Shown: positions 45,801 through 56,643, counted from the stretch's first letter. The stretch: DNA of 64,000 nucleotides from Candidatus Woesearchaeota archaeon (GCA_964497265.1 CAZCCK010000003.1:2972-66971), one strand, 5' to 3'. Made by a program: numbers and translations. Notes: generated by a model not told the origin, from the letters alone.

Positions 45801-47989
45801 ACAGCGTTTTCTTTAGTTTCTTCTTTTATCGCTTCAATATGCCTACATTTTGGAAATTTTGGACAGGCGAAAAACATTCCATACGCGCTCTTACGTACAA
45901 CTAATTCTGTGGAGCATTTAGGACAATTTTTCTTAACGTTAAGTAGAGCTTCGGGTATTTTTTTAGTGGGACAATCTGGATTGATACAGAGTTCTGAAGG
46001 TTTTCTTTTCGCTCTTAAGATTAGAATCATTGGATAAGAGCATTTATCACAAATTTTCTCAAGTGGTTTTATTTTTCCAGTTTTAGGTAAGCTAAAGGTA
46101 GTTTTGCAATCAGGATATTTGTTGCAAGCGGCGAATTGACCAAATTTTCCGCGGCGAATATGTAATTCTCCTTCTTTGCAGACAGGGCAGGCAGAGATGA
46201 AGCTTTCTTTTTCTTGAGTTTCTTTTGTTGCTTTTCCAAGTTCTTCTCCAATTTTAATTTCATTTTTCTTAAAAGAAATAAGAATTTTGTCCAAAGCTTT
46301 GGTTGCATTTTGAATAATATCTTCTTTTGTTTTTTTATGTTCGACAATTTCTTCCATTTGTTCTTCAAAGCTGCGAGTCATTGCTTGATCTAGGATTTCA
46401 GGGCAGTATTTCTCTAAAGTTTCTATAGTTTTCATTCCTAAGTCTGTGACTTGAATTGATTTTTCGTGAACATAATTGCGGTCATACAGATTTTGTAAGA
46501 TTTGTGCGCGAGTTGCTTTCGTACCTAAGTTTTCTTTTTCAAGTTCTTTAATCAGAGAAGCTTCAGTATACCGTTTAGGAGGTTGAGTTTCTTTGTCATA
46601 AAGGATTATATTTTTAACTTTGACTTTTTGGCCTTTTTTAACGAGGATAAATTCTTCCTCTTCCAATCTTAAGAATTCTCCATACAAGTCATACCATCCT
46701 CGTACTTTAGTTCTGGTTCCTTTAGCTAAGAACAATTCTTTTTCAACGTCTAAAGTGATAGTTAGGGTTTCTCTTACTGCGTTGTCTCCAAAAACAGAAA
46801 AGAATCTTCGTACGATCAGTTCGTATAGTTTCAAAGCTTTTCCATCTAATTTAGAGGGTAGTTCTCCTGTAGGATAAACAGCTGGATGGGCTGGATCAGT
46901 TTTAGCTCCCTCATTTGGAGTGAGGTTAGATTTATTTAACAAAAAAGTACATTCAGGAGTAAAGCGTTTCTTTAATTTTTCTAAAATCTTTTTAAATCCT
47001 AAAACCGCTGGGAGTTTCTGCGAGCTTGTTCTTGGATAAGAGATGTATCCTCCAGTGTAAAGATCTTGAGCGATGGTTAAAGTGTTTTGAGGACTTAAGC
47101 CTAGGACTGAATGAGCTTCGATTTGTAAAGAGGTTAAATCAAAAGGAACTGGGGGTTTTTGTGTTGTTTCTCGTGTTTCTACGTTTTCAACAAGCGCATC
47201 CTTACCTTTTGTTTTTTTAAGGATTGTTTCTGCTTTTTTCTTGTCCCAGAATTTATCTTCTTTATGCCAAGCGTGAATTTCTTTTTGTTCTGCTTCTCCA
47301 ATAAGTTCTAGCTCCCAATAAGGAGTGCTCTTGAAAGCTTGTATTTCTTTTTCTTTATCATAGAGTAATTTTAATGCTGGTCCTTGGACTCTCCCTGTGC
47401 TAAGAAGTTTGAAAGTGCCTAAAGCATGTTTAATGCTGAGCGTTAATGCTCTAGAGAGGTTTAAACCAAACAACCAGTCAAGACTGTGACGAGCTAATCC
47501 AGATTCGATTTGAGGAAATTCTAAATGAGGTGCTGCATGTTCATAAGAGTCAATAAGTTCATCTTTTGTTAAAGTGGAGAATTTCATTCTTTTTGCGTCT
47601 TTTTTATTACCGATGAAACGGATAACATTGAAGCCAATAACGCTACCTTCAACATCAAAATCAGTTGCAACAGTGAATTCGTTAGCGTCTTTTGCTAGTT
47701 TTTTCAAAGCTTCTAAGTAGGCTTTAGAGAATGCTGCTCCTTTATCAATTTCAGAAGTTGGTTTCCATTCAAATTCGTAGATAGGATAATGCCAAGCTTT
47801 TTTGTTTTTTTCAGCCAGAGTGTAGAGGTGACCGACAGCGCAGCCTACGACAATCTTTTTTCCTTTGTGTTCTAGTTCGTAGTAAGGAATTTTGTTGATT
47901 GCTTTTTTAGTAGCTTTTTTATCTGCGAGAGCTTCAGCTATTTTCTGTGCTGCGTTTGGTTTTTCTGCTACAATTAATTCATAACTCAT
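45797..47989 (-). CDS. topA: Type IA DNA topoisomerase with C-terminal Zn ribbons
   Basis: AEKP, ATDFDVEG, STGRVQ, ISYPRT (catalytic Tyr) and LGTKATR motifs. Confidence 0.96.
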   Translation of the reverse strand: MSYELIVAEKPNAAQKIAEALADKKATKKAINKIPYYELEHKGKKIVVGCAVGHLYTLAEKNKKAWHYPIYEFEWKPTSEIDKGAAFSKAYLEALKKLAKDANEFTVATDFDVEGSVIGFNVIRFIGNKKDAKRMKFSTLTKDELIDSYEHAAPHLEFPQIESGLARHSLDWLFGLNLSRALTLSIKHALGTFKLLSTGRVQGPALKLLYDKEKEIQAFKSTPYWELELIGEAEQKEIHAWHKEDKFWDKKKAETILKKTKGKDALVENVETRETTQKPPVPFDLTSLQIEAHSVLGLSPQNTLTIAQDLYTGGYISYPRTSSQKLPAVLGFKKILEKLKKRFTPECTFLLNKSNLTPNEGAKTDPAHPAVYPTGELPSKLDGKALKLYELIVRRFFSVFGDNAVRETLTITLDVEKELFLAKGTRTKVRGWYDLYGEFLRLEEEEFILVKKGQKVKVKNIILYDKETQPPKRYTEASLIKELEKENLGTKATRAQILQNLYDRNYVHEKSIQVTDLGMKTIETLEKYCPEILDQAMTRSFEEQMEEIVEHKKTKEDIIQNATKALDKILISFKKNEIKIGEELGKATKETQEKESFISACPVCKEGELHIRRGKFGQFAACNKYPDCKTTFSLPKTGKIKPLEKICDKCSYPMILILRAKRKPSELCINPDCPTKKIPEALLNVKKNCPKCSTELVVRKSAYGMFFACPKFPKCRHIEAIKEETKENAV

Positions 47990-48019
47990 AAAAGTGTTTT
48001 AAAATAAAGATATATAAAA

Positions 48020-48646
48020 TTATGCTAAGGGTATTTCAAAGACTTTTCCTTTTCTTCCCACATTAATTACTTTGGTTTTTCCTAAGTATTCTTCGATACC
48101 TTCTGCTTCGTGAATGTGGCTACAAAGTAAGATGTCTGGTTTGAGTTCTTCTACTGCTTTAGCTACGCCCGTACTTGGTGGGACGAAGCGAGAAAGCTTC
48201 TCCATTTTTGTTCCAGCGGGGTGAACATGAGTGACCATGATTTTTTTGTCTAAGTTTTTTACGTAGTAAAAGCCTTTCTTTAAAGTGGTGAAGAATTCTT
48301 CTTCTCCTAAAGCTTCTAGTCCTACGTTTGCTCCGCCGCAGCCAAAAAATCCAACGCTTGAAACTGCTTCAAAAGAGTTATGTAAGTTCTTTATCCCATA
48401 GATGTCTGCTAAGAGATCTCCTAAAGCAAAGCCATCATGGTTTCCAGGAACAAATAAAACTTTTTTCCCTTTATCAATGAAAGGTTTGATGATGTCTTGT
48501 GTTTCTGTGTGTGCTTCAAGTAAGTCTCCACAAAGAACTACTAAGTCAACATTTTCTTTCTCTGCTTGATCTGCGAGTCTTTTGGTTAAAGTAGATTGAC
48601 CATGAAAGTCTCCTGCTGCTAGGATCTTGAGTGTTTTCTTATCCAT
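48020..48646 (-). CDS. Calcineurin-like metallophosphoesterase
   Basis: GDFHG, LCGD, PGNHD, THVHP and SHIHE motifs. Confidence 0.9.
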   Translation of the reverse strand: MDKKTLKILAAGDFHGQSTLTKRLADQAEKENVDLVVLCGDLLEAHTETQDIIKPFIDKGKKVLFVPGNHDGFALGDLLADIYGIKNLHNSFEAVSSVGFFGCGGANVGLEALGEEEFFTTLKKGFYYVKNLDKKIMVTHVHPAGTKMEKLSRFVPPSTGVAKAVEELKPDILLCSHIHEAEGIEEYLGKTKVINVGRKGKVFEIPLA

Positions 48647-48754
48647 GAGTAAACAGGGTAGAAAAAGCTTATAAGGCTTTTTAATAAAGTAGAGAATAAG
48701 AAATAGAATTTTTTAAAGAGAAATTGTTATAAAGAAAGATTCTAAAGGAAGAAT

Positions 48755-49183
48755 ATGACTCCAGCAAGGAAAATGCATATTCCAAGAGCAGGATATCAAG
48801 GTTTAGTGGTGAATGTTTCTTTAGAAGAGCTAATGAAAATAACAAATAAAGAATACGTTCTGCATAGTTCTAGTTTTTTAGGTTTTCTCGATCAAGATAT
48901 AGCTACGCAAGTGGAAAGATTAAAGTTTAGTGAAAATACCAGTATTGGTGAAGAAGCAGATTATTTAGTGGAAGAGATAAAAAAGGATTATCCAATTATC
49001 GAAGTTCAGTTAGAAGCAATAGGTGCGTCTGCTGCTCTAATCCAAATAGCAAGAGAAGAGACATTTTCAGCGCAGTTATATCTTAAAAAACATGGTAAAG
49101 TAGCAAGTGATGGTTTTTACACAACAGCTCATCCGACAGTTACTTTATATAATGCAACACCTTTAAAAGAAAAAGCTAAATAA
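48755..49183 (+). CDS. Hypothetical protein
   Basis: 142-aa ORF with an upstream TATA box. Confidence 0.55.
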   Translation: MTPARKMHIPRAGYQGLVVNVSLEELMKITNKEYVLHSSSFLGFLDQDIATQVERLKFSENTSIGEEADYLVEEIKKDYPIIEVQLEAIGASAALIQIAREETFSAQLYLKKHGKVASDGFYTTAHPTVTLYNATPLKEKAK

Positions 49184-49469
49184 TTTTCTTCTTTTTTACA
49201 AATGTTTCAGCACAGGTAATTGAGCAAAAGTAATAGGTTTGTCCTCGAATTTCACGTTCAACAACATTTTCGTCAACAAGAAGTTTACCGCAGTTTTGAC
49301 ATTTAACTTCACTTTCACCTTTTTCATAGCCTTCAGAGAAACCTTCTTCAACATCAGAGATTTCGTCTTCTTCTAAGAGTTCTTTGCGACCTTTTTGAGT
49401 GTAAGTATCTTCTTCTAATTCGCCTTGTTCTTTTCCTTCTTCCTCTTCGATGTAAGTTTGCTTAGCCAT
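49176..49469 (-). CDS. Acidic protein with a C-terminal TRASH/YHS-like metal-binding domain
   Basis: CQNCG...YYFCSITC. Confidence 0.75.
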   Translation of the reverse strand: MAKQTYIEEEEGKEQGELEEDTYTQKGRKELLEEDEISDVEEGFSEGYEKGESEVKCQNCGKLLVDENVVEREIRGQTYYFCSITCAETFVKKKKII

Positions 49470-50757
49470 GTTTCTTAGAACGTTTTAAAGAAGATTTAAA
49501 GGTTTTTATTTGTTTAAAGCCAGTATATTTCCATAAGGCTTTAGGTATTTTTACAGAGCCGTCTTTTTGTTGATGATTGTCAATAAGGCAAGCGAGCATG
49601 CGAGCGGTGGAGATCGCAGTATTATTAAGGGTATAAACAAAAGAGAGTTCGTTTTTATTTTGATATTTAATGTTACTTCTTCGAGCTTGGTAGTCCAAAC
49701 AATTAGAACACGAACCTAGTTCTCGGTAAGTATTTTGGCTGGGAAACCAGCATTCAAAGTCAATGGTTTTAGTGGGAACTCTTCCCATATCTTGTGAGGA
49801 AAGGGCGACAAATCTAAAAGGGATTTCTAGCTTTTTTAAAAGTTCTTCCGAGTTTTTTAAGATCAAATCAAACTCTTTCCATGCCTCTTCAGGTTTACAA
49901 AAAACGAATTGTTCTATTTTTTCAAATTGGTGAACTCTAAAGATTCCTTTTGGATCTTTTCCGTGAGAGCCGAGTTCCTTTCTAAAGCAGGGTGAAATTC
50001 CTGCGAAGCGAACGGGTAATTTCTCAGAAGGAATAACTTCGTTTAAGTAATAAGCGTTGATTGCGTGTTCTGCTGTTCCAATTAAGTAAAGGTCTTCTCC
50101 TTCAATTTTATAGATCATTTCTTCAAAAGCGGCAAGAGGAATTGCGCCGCCAAGAGCTTCTTTTCTTAAAAGATAAGGGGGTTGGATAAGAGTGAATTTT
50201 TTTGTAGATAAGAAGTCTAGAGCGAGTTGGATAAGCGCGTAATTAAGTTTAACTAAATCCCCTTTGTAATAATAGAAGCGAGAACCAGAAACTTCAGCAG
50301 CTTTTTTTGTATCAAGTAAGTCTAAAGATTCTAAAACCTCTGCGTGGTCTTTGGCAAAGGGAAGTTTCTTAGGTTTTCCAAAAGTTTTGATGGTTTTGTT
50401 AGAAGTTGCATCTCCAACAGGAACTGTTGAATCAACAAGATTGGGTATTTCTTTTAAGAGAGAATCTCGTTTAGTTTTAAGTTCAATCATTATTTTTTCA
50501 GTTTCTTCTATCTTTTTAGGAATTGTTTTTGCTTCTTGCAAGAGAGGATTGAGGTCTTGTCCTTTTCTTTTTGCTTCATTGATGTCGATAGAAATCTTAT
50601 TTCTTCTGCTGCGAAGGTTGTCTGATTCTTCTTTGAGTTGTCTCCATTTTTTATCTAATTCAATAATTTGATCAATTTCGTTTTCATCCATTCCTCTTTT
50701 TCTTTGGCTTTCTTTTACGAGGTCTGGCTGTTCGCGAAGCAGGTTAATGTCAAGCAT
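49462..50757 (-). CDS. serS: Seryl-tRNA synthetase
   Basis: LIGTAEH, FRKELGSHG, FRVHQFEKIEQF, ELGSCSNC and TLNNT motifs. Confidence 0.96.
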   Translation of the reverse strand: MLDINLLREQPDLVKESQRKRGMDENEIDQIIELDKKWRQLKEESDNLRSRRNKISIDINEAKRKGQDLNPLLQEAKTIPKKIEETEKIMIELKTKRDSLLKEIPNLVDSTVPVGDATSNKTIKTFGKPKKLPFAKDHAEVLESLDLLDTKKAAEVSGSRFYYYKGDLVKLNYALIQLALDFLSTKKFTLIQPPYLLRKEALGGAIPLAAFEEMIYKIEGEDLYLIGTAEHAINAYYLNEVIPSEKLPVRFAGISPCFRKELGSHGKDPKGIFRVHQFEKIEQFVFCKPEEAWKEFDLILKNSEELLKKLEIPFRFVALSSQDMGRVPTKTIDFECWFPSQNTYRELGSCSNCLDYQARRSNIKYQNKNELSFVYTLNNTAISTARMLACLIDNHQQKDGSVKIPKALWKYTGFKQIKTFKSSLKRSKKHG

Positions 50758-50938
50758 GAAAGAGATTCAGAATAAGGGTCTTATAAAGATTGTGATAAAA
50801 AAGACAGGTTTGCCACCACTGAGCAGGAGAGTTATAACTAGGGAGTGAAAAATATATTTGTAAATGAAAACATTTAAATATTTCTTTAGTATCATATGCT
50901 TGGAAAAAAGAGCTGTATAATCTACGGGGGTAGAATAA

Positions 50939-51217
50939 TTGTCAAAAAAGAAAGAAATAGACATTTTTGAGGTATTTTTTAGAAAAAAGCCAGCTATGAT
51001 CTTAGTAGCTTTAAGAAAGAATAATAGAAACAGGTATGGTTCAATTCTAGCTAAAGAGGTGGATTGTACGTATTCTCATGCAGTTAAGATTTTGCAAGAG
51101 ATGGAAAAGGCAAGGCTTGTCACATTTGAAAAGCATGGAAGAATTAAAACGATTGCTTTAACTGATGGTGGAAACAGGATTGCTGAGTATATCGAAAAAA
51201 TTTCTGAATTACTTTAA
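50939..51217 (+). CDS. Winged-HTH transcription regulator (TTG start)
   Basis: YGSILAKEVDCTYSHAVKILQEME...GRIKTIALT. Confidence 0.8.
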   Translation: MSKKKEIDIFEVFFRKKPAMILVALRKNNRNRYGSILAKEVDCTYSHAVKILQEMEKARLVTFEKHGRIKTIALTDGGNRIAEYIEKISELL

Positions 51218-51278
51218 TTTTTTATTTTTTTTAAGTTGAAGAGAAGATTTATAAAGTTGTAAGATTAATAGAGAAGGC

Positions 51279-51638
51279 ATGGCAAACTATAACCTAACTA
51301 TAAAAGAATTAGCAGAGGTAATTAATTTAAAAGGAGCTTGCGGAGTTTCTGGAACTGTAGCAAAGATATATGAGGGTCTTAACCCTGATCAAATTGTAGA
51401 ACCTACAGCAGCAAGATATGCAGTATCAAATATGCAGAAAAGAATGGCACCCTACAAAGGAAGAGAAGATTCTAAACTAGGTCCGATATACGATGCTTTA
51501 GGAAGAGTAAATTTAGAAACAACTACAAATGAAGAAATGAGTAAGCTTTTAATGGGCCATCACAATTCTATTCATGATACATTTGTGGAGAAAGTAGAAA
51601 GAATTGATGCGGATTTGGTTAAGTTAGTAACCGGATAA
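51279..51638 (+). CDS. Hypothetical protein
   Basis: 119-aa ORF with TTTATAAA upstream. Confidence 0.6.
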   Translation: MANYNLTIKELAEVINLKGACGVSGTVAKIYEGLNPDQIVEPTAARYAVSNMQKRMAPYKGREDSKLGPIYDALGRVNLETTTNEEMSKLLMGHHNSIHDTFVEKVERIDADLVKLVTG

Positions 51639-51704
51639 TTCTCTTTTTTTAACTTTATTTTAGAGAACATGAATCTTTATAAGGCAAAGAATAAAAAGTA
51701 AATT

Positions 51705-52151
51705 ATGAATTTAGACGAATTAAAAGCGACTATAAGAGAAAAGTTAGATCCTGATTTTTCGGCTTACCTAACGGAGGGCAGCCCAAGACGATTGAGAGTT
51801 ACATTAAATACTCAAAGATGTTTTGTTGATTTTACAGCGACTAACGATTTTGGAGAGTATAGTTTTGAAGCTAATCCTAAAGCAGAGGTAACATCCTATC
51901 ATTTTGATACAGGTAGAAGATTTGGTATTAAACTTGAAAAAGAGTTAGTGAGAATAGTTACAGAGAAGTATAAAGATTTAGAAAGGGTAGATCGAGAAGA
52001 GGGGATGAGTTATCTAAAGCAAGATGTACAAGGTTTTGATCAAATCACGCAAGCAGTTCAAAAAGTTGGAAAAGTAACGCAAATTTATGATGCTTTAGAA
52101 AGAGATCTTAAAAATATTCTTTCCCAATATGCCCAGAGTCATTTTAAATAA
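51705..52151 (+). CDS. Hypothetical protein
   Basis: 148-aa ORF with TTTATAA upstream. Confidence 0.6.
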   Translation: MNLDELKATIREKLDPDFSAYLTEGSPRRLRVTLNTQRCFVDFTATNDFGEYSFEANPKAEVTSYHFDTGRRFGIKLEKELVRIVTEKYKDLERVDREEGMSYLKQDVQGFDQITQAVQKVGKVTQIYDALERDLKNILSQYAQSHFK

Positions 52152-52172
52152 AGTAAAAGAGACAAGTTCTTA

Positions 52173-52586
52173 ATGAAAGAGCATGTAGCTTTGTTAATTA
52201 GAAATAAAAACGAGTTTCTATTTGTAAAAAGGAGTAAAACAAAGACTACTTTACCTGGAATCTGGGCGTTTCCAAGCGGGACAAAAGAAGAGCTAGAATC
52301 GATTGAAGAAACTGGGAAAAGAGAAGCTTTTGAAGAATTAGATGTAAAAATTGAAATAGAAAAAATTTTAGGAAGTTACGAAATCAAAGAGTTTGAAGTA
52401 AAGTTGAATTTTATTGTAGCAAAGGTTATTTTAGGTGATCCAAGGATAAAAGAGAGAAATGAAATTGAAGAAATAGAGTGGTTGACTTTTAAAGAGTTTT
52501 TTGACAAATATAGAGATGAAGAAATTGGTCATGGATTGAAGTATTTAAGAAAGAACCCTGCGCTATGGGCAGAGTATGCTGATTGA
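52173..52586 (+). CDS. NUDIX hydrolase
   Basis: GTKEELESIEETGKREAFEELDV Nudix box. Confidence 0.9.
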   Translation: MKEHVALLIRNKNEFLFVKRSKTKTTLPGIWAFPSGTKEELESIEETGKREAFEELDVKIEIEKILGSYEIKEFEVKLNFIVAKVILGDPRIKERNEIEEIEWLTFKEFFDKYRDEEIGHGLKYLRKNPALWAEYAD

Positions 52587-52625
52587 AGATATAATCTTTT
52601 ATAGTTCTAAGGTTTTCTTTAAGAA

Positions 52626-54833
52626 GTGGAGATAAAAAACTTTCAGCCAAGATTATACCAAGAAACAATTCTAGATTCTTGTATGAAAAAAAACACATTG
52701 GTAGTTTTACCTACAGGGTTAGGAAAGACAAAGGTAGCTATTCTTACTGCAATTAATAGGATGAAAAATTTTCCAAATTCAAAAGTACTATTTTTAACGC
52801 CGACTAAACCTTTAGCTTCTCAGATTCAAAGAGAGTTCAAAGAGTGTACAGATATTACAAATGAAGATATTATTTTGTGTACGGGCGCGGTATTACCTGC
52901 TAAAAGAGAAGCTTCGTTAAAATCTGCAAAAATCGTGGTAAGTACTCCTCAAACGATTTCTAATGATATTGTGAATGGTAGGATTAATTTAGAAGAATAT
53001 TCACTTTTAGTGTTAGATGAAGCACATAGGTGCATGAAGGATTATGCGTATACCTGGCTCTGTAAAACTTATATTAAAAAATCTAAAAATCCAAGAATTA
53101 TTGGTTTGACTGCTTCTCCTGGTTCAGATTTAAAGACGATTAGTGATTTGTGTAAGAACGCGTTTATTGAAGGGGTTGAAGTGAGAACTGATCAGGATGA
53201 GGACGTCAAACCATATGTTCAAGAAGTACAAGTGGATTGGATTAAAGTAGAATTACCTAAAGAGTTTAAAGAGATTCAAGATTTATTACATTTGTCCTAC
53301 AAAGATAAGTTAATGGCGGTTAAATCCTTAGGTCAGATTTCAAAGACGGATTTTACAAAAAAAGAATTACTAACCGTATTATCCAGTTTACAAGGAAGGC
53401 TAGCCAGAGGAGAAAGAGATTTTCAGATTATGCGTTGTGTTTCTTTGATTTCAGAAGCACTAAAAGTAGAGCATGCGATTGAATTATTAGAGACTCAAGG
53501 GTTAGAAGCATTGCATTCTTATTTAGACAAGCTATTCATTGAAGCAGAAAAGACAAAAGTGAAAGCAATCCAAAATCTAGCCAGAGACAGTAATTTTTAT
53601 AATGCTTTTAGAAAAACAAAGGATATGATTGGGTTGCATATTGAGCACCCTAAAGTAACTGCGTTAAAAAATTTAATGAAAGAAGAAATTGAAAAAAATC
53701 CAAAGATGAAAGTAATTATTTTCAATCAGTATAGAGATTCAGCAAAAAATATTGAAAAAGAGATTAATCAAATTCCCGGAATTAAAGGAAGTATTTTCGT
53801 AGGTCAAGCAAAGAAACAAGATACAGGTTTGTCTCAAAAAGAACAGTTAGCTTTGTTAAGTGAATTTGCACAAGGAGAAAAGAATTGTATCATTTCTACG
53901 TCAATTGGTGAAGAAGGGTTGGATATTCCTAAAGTGGATTTAGTGATTTTTTTCGAACCTGTTCCTTCTGCGATAAGAAGTATTCAAAGAAGAGGAAGAA
54001 CAGCAAGAACAGAGAAGGGAAGAATTGTGATGTTGATGACGAAGAACACAAGAGATGAAGCGTATCATTGGATTGCGTTTCATAAAGAGAAAAACATGTA
54101 TAAGGTTTTAGGAGATTTAAAAAAGAAGTTAACGTTTGAGACAGTTGAACAGCCAACTTTAAAGGATTTTTCTCCATCAGAAGAGCAAAGTTTGATAGTG
54201 TATGCTGATTCGAGAGAAGCAAATTCTACTGTCTTAAAAGAGTTAGTAAATCAGGGAGTGAAGGTAGTTACAAAACCGCTAGAAGTTGCAGATTATGTTA
54301 TTTCAGATAAAGTCGGTATTGAAAGAAAAACTATTCAAGATTTTTTAGCGTCTATGATTGATAAAAGGTTATTGCAGCAGCTTAAAGACTTAAGGAATAA
54401 TTTCGAAAAGCCTTTGATTATTCTAGAGGGAGAAGAGGATTTGTATTCGTTAAGGAAGATTCATCCAAACGCGATTCGAGGTATGCTTGCTACGATTACG
54501 GTTTCTTATTCTATTCCAATGGTTAAGACGCAGAATGGTGCAGATACTGCGATGTTAATTAGAGCTATTGCGAAAAGGGAGCAAGATTCGACCGAAAGAG
54601 ATTTTAGTTTAAGATTAGAAAGAAAACCGTTAACTACAAAAGAACAGCAAGAATTTGTAATAGAATCTTTTCCTGGTGTTGGTCCTGTGATTGCTAAAGA
54701 GATTTTGAAGAAGTTAAAATCAATTAAAAATGTTGCAAATGCTTCTTTAGAGGAGTTGAAAGAGATTGATAATGTGGGTGAAGTTAAAGCTAAAGAGATT
54801 AAAGAGTTGCTTGACGCGCTTTATCCTGATTAA
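52626..54833 (+). CDS. hef: Hef (FANCM-like helicase plus ERCC4 nuclease)
   Basis: PTGLGKT, DEAH, QRRGRTAR, ERKT nuclease motif and C-terminal HhH. Confidence 0.95.
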   Translation: MEIKNFQPRLYQETILDSCMKKNTLVVLPTGLGKTKVAILTAINRMKNFPNSKVLFLTPTKPLASQIQREFKECTDITNEDIILCTGAVLPAKREASLKSAKIVVSTPQTISNDIVNGRINLEEYSLLVLDEAHRCMKDYAYTWLCKTYIKKSKNPRIIGLTASPGSDLKTISDLCKNAFIEGVEVRTDQDEDVKPYVQEVQVDWIKVELPKEFKEIQDLLHLSYKDKLMAVKSLGQISKTDFTKKELLTVLSSLQGRLARGERDFQIMRCVSLISEALKVEHAIELLETQGLEALHSYLDKLFIEAEKTKVKAIQNLARDSNFYNAFRKTKDMIGLHIEHPKVTALKNLMKEEIEKNPKMKVIIFNQYRDSAKNIEKEINQIPGIKGSIFVGQAKKQDTGLSQKEQLALLSEFAQGEKNCIISTSIGEEGLDIPKVDLVIFFEPVPSAIRSIQRRGRTARTEKGRIVMLMTKNTRDEAYHWIAFHKEKNMYKVLGDLKKKLTFETVEQPTLKDFSPSEEQSLIVYADSREANSTVLKELVNQGVKVVTKPLEVADYVISDKVGIERKTIQDFLASMIDKRLLQQLKDLRNNFEKPLIILEGEEDLYSLRKIHPNAIRGMLATITVSYSIPMVKTQNGADTAMLIRAIAKREQDSTERDFSLRLERKPLTTKEQQEFVIESFPGVGPVIAKEILKKLKSIKNVANASLEELKEIDNVGEVKAKEIKELLDALYPD

Positions 54834-55369
54834 ACTAAAGAATATGTTTCGATTTCTTCATAGATTGGTCCTTGGGAGGTTAGAGTGCTTTTATACAAAG
54901 TGAAAGATTCTAAAGTAAAAGGAAGCTTTTCTATTTTCAATGGTTTAAGGAGTGCTAAAAAGGGAATCTTTTTTTGAATGGTTTTGACTCGACCTAAAGT
55001 TAAGTGAGCGACAAATTGTTGTTCAGAGGCTACAAGGTCAAGGGTTTCTTCATCTATGTTCTGTGCTAATCGAACAATATTTTCTTCTGGTTTTAGGCCT
55101 ACCCAAAGAGAGTGAGGTTCCTCAATATCAGGGAAAAATCCGATTTTATCTAAGTTACCTTTTATTTTTTTAAAATTAATTTTTTTGAGTCTTTCCTTAA
55201 TTTTAACAAGTTTATCTTCATTAATTTCTCCCAAGAATTTCAAAGTGATATGTAAATTTTTCTTAGCGACCCAGTTGATTTTAGCGTCTTTAGTTTTGAG
55301 TTTTCTTTGAAAGTCAAATAAGTAGTCTTTGACGTCTTTAGGTAGGTTTAAAGCAATAAAACAGCGCAT
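54830..55369 (-). CDS. thpR: RNA 2',3'-cyclic phosphodiesterase (2H family)
   Basis: MRCFIAL, HITLKFLG and HLTLGR motifs. Confidence 0.92.
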   Translation of the reverse strand: MRCFIALNLPKDVKDYLFDFQRKLKTKDAKINWVAKKNLHITLKFLGEINEDKLVKIKERLKKINFKKIKGNLDKIGFFPDIEEPHSLWVGLKPEENIVRLAQNIDEETLDLVASEQQFVAHLTLGRVKTIQKKIPFLALLKPLKIEKLPFTLESFTLYKSTLTSQGPIYEEIETYSLV

Positions 55370-55480
55370 ATTCTTTTAAGAAAAGATCTCTTTTTAATAG
55401 TTTGGTTTCGTAGTAGAAAAAATTAAGTACTTTTAATTTGAGAATTAAAAAGAGGATGAGTTAATTAGAGAAATTGTTTC

Positions 55481-56584
55481 TTAGCCATACATCTCTATTG
55501 GTGATTCTTCGTAGCCTAGCTGTGAGTTAAATTTTTCTATAGCTTTAAGAAAGTCTTGTGTGTGAACCTGTTCTCTATTTTCTCTTAAGGCAAAGTATCC
55601 TGCTTCTGTACATACTGCGCGAAGTTCTGCTCCTGAGAATCCTTCTGTTTTTTCTAAGAGTTCTTCGAAGTTAAGCTCAGAAGTGCTCATTTGTTTAGTG
55701 TGAATTTGAAAGATTTGTTTTCTACCTTCTTTTTCAGGTAAGGGTAATTCAATGATTCGATCAAATCTTCCAGGCCTTAAGATTGCTTCATCGAGGATGT
55801 CAACTCGATTGGTTGCAGCAATAATTTTCACGTCTGATAAATTCTTAAAGCCGTCCATTTCTGTTAAAAGTTGCATGAGCGTTCTTTGAACTTCTCGCTC
55901 TCCAGAGGTGCCAAGTTCTACGCGTTGGCTTGCCAGAGCGTCTATTTCATCGATAAACACAATGGAAGGAGCTTTTTCTCGCGCGAGTTGAAAAAGATCT
56001 TTGACTAGTTTTGCTCCTTCTCCTATGAATTTTTGTACAAGTTCTGAAGCGACGAGGTGAATGAACGTAGCGTTAGTGCTAGTAGCGACTGCTTTTGCTA
56101 AGAGTGTTTTTCCGGTTCCAGGAGATCCATGGAGTAAGACTCCTTTCGGAGGAGAGATTCCTAGTTTTTTGAAAAGTTCGGGTTTTTGTAATGGGAGTTC
56201 TACCACTTCTTTGATTTCGCGAACTTGGTCTTCTAATCCTCCTAAGTCTTGCCAAGAAATATTAGGTTTCTCTACAATGAGAAAGCTGTCTACATCAAAA
56301 GCTTTAGAGTGTTCTAGTTTTTGAACGATAGTAAGCGATTTTTGTTCTACAAGGACAGTATCTCCAGGTTCAATAGAAACATTTCCAGCGATGTTAACAT
56401 AGAAGTGATTACCATTTGCTACTTTAATGACCGCCTTATTAGTTAAACTTTTTTTAACGTCGCAGACAAGTAAGGGTAGTTCTTTGAATTTGTTAAGTTC
56501 TGCTTTTAAATATCCTAAGCTTGCTTTGAGAAGTTGGTTTTCTTCTTGAAGGTCTTGGGGAACCACAGTGCTCTCTTTTTCCAC
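55481..56584 (-). CDS. pan: Proteasome-activating nucleotidase (GTG start)
   Basis: Coiled coil and OB domain, GSPGTGKT, EREVQRTLMQLL, and C-terminal HbYX motif (MYG). Confidence 0.92.
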   Translation of the reverse strand: MEKESTVVPQDLQEENQLLKASLGYLKAELNKFKELPLLVCDVKKSLTNKAVIKVANGNHFYVNIAGNVSIEPGDTVLVEQKSLTIVQKLEHSKAFDVDSFLIVEKPNISWQDLGGLEDQVREIKEVVELPLQKPELFKKLGISPPKGVLLHGSPGTGKTLLAKAVATSTNATFIHLVASELVQKFIGEGAKLVKDLFQLAREKAPSIVFIDEIDALASQRVELGTSGEREVQRTLMQLLTEMDGFKNLSDVKIIAATNRVDILDEAILRPGRFDRIIELPLPEKEGRKQIFQIHTKQMSTSELNFEELLEKTEGFSGAELRAVCTEAGYFALRENREQVHTQDFLKAIEKFNSQLGYEESPIEMYG

Positions 56585-56626
56585 AAGAGCATATTTTCGT
56601 TTGTGATTAATAAATGTTTCTCTGTT

Positions 56627-56643
56627 TTCGGAAAGTTTACGAA
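56627..56643. promoter_or_regulatory. Imperfect 17-bp palindrome TTCGGAAAGTTTACGAA upstream of pan
   Basis: Similar sites at 12983..12999 and 61700..61716 lie at nearly the same distance from start codons. Confidence 0.5.
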
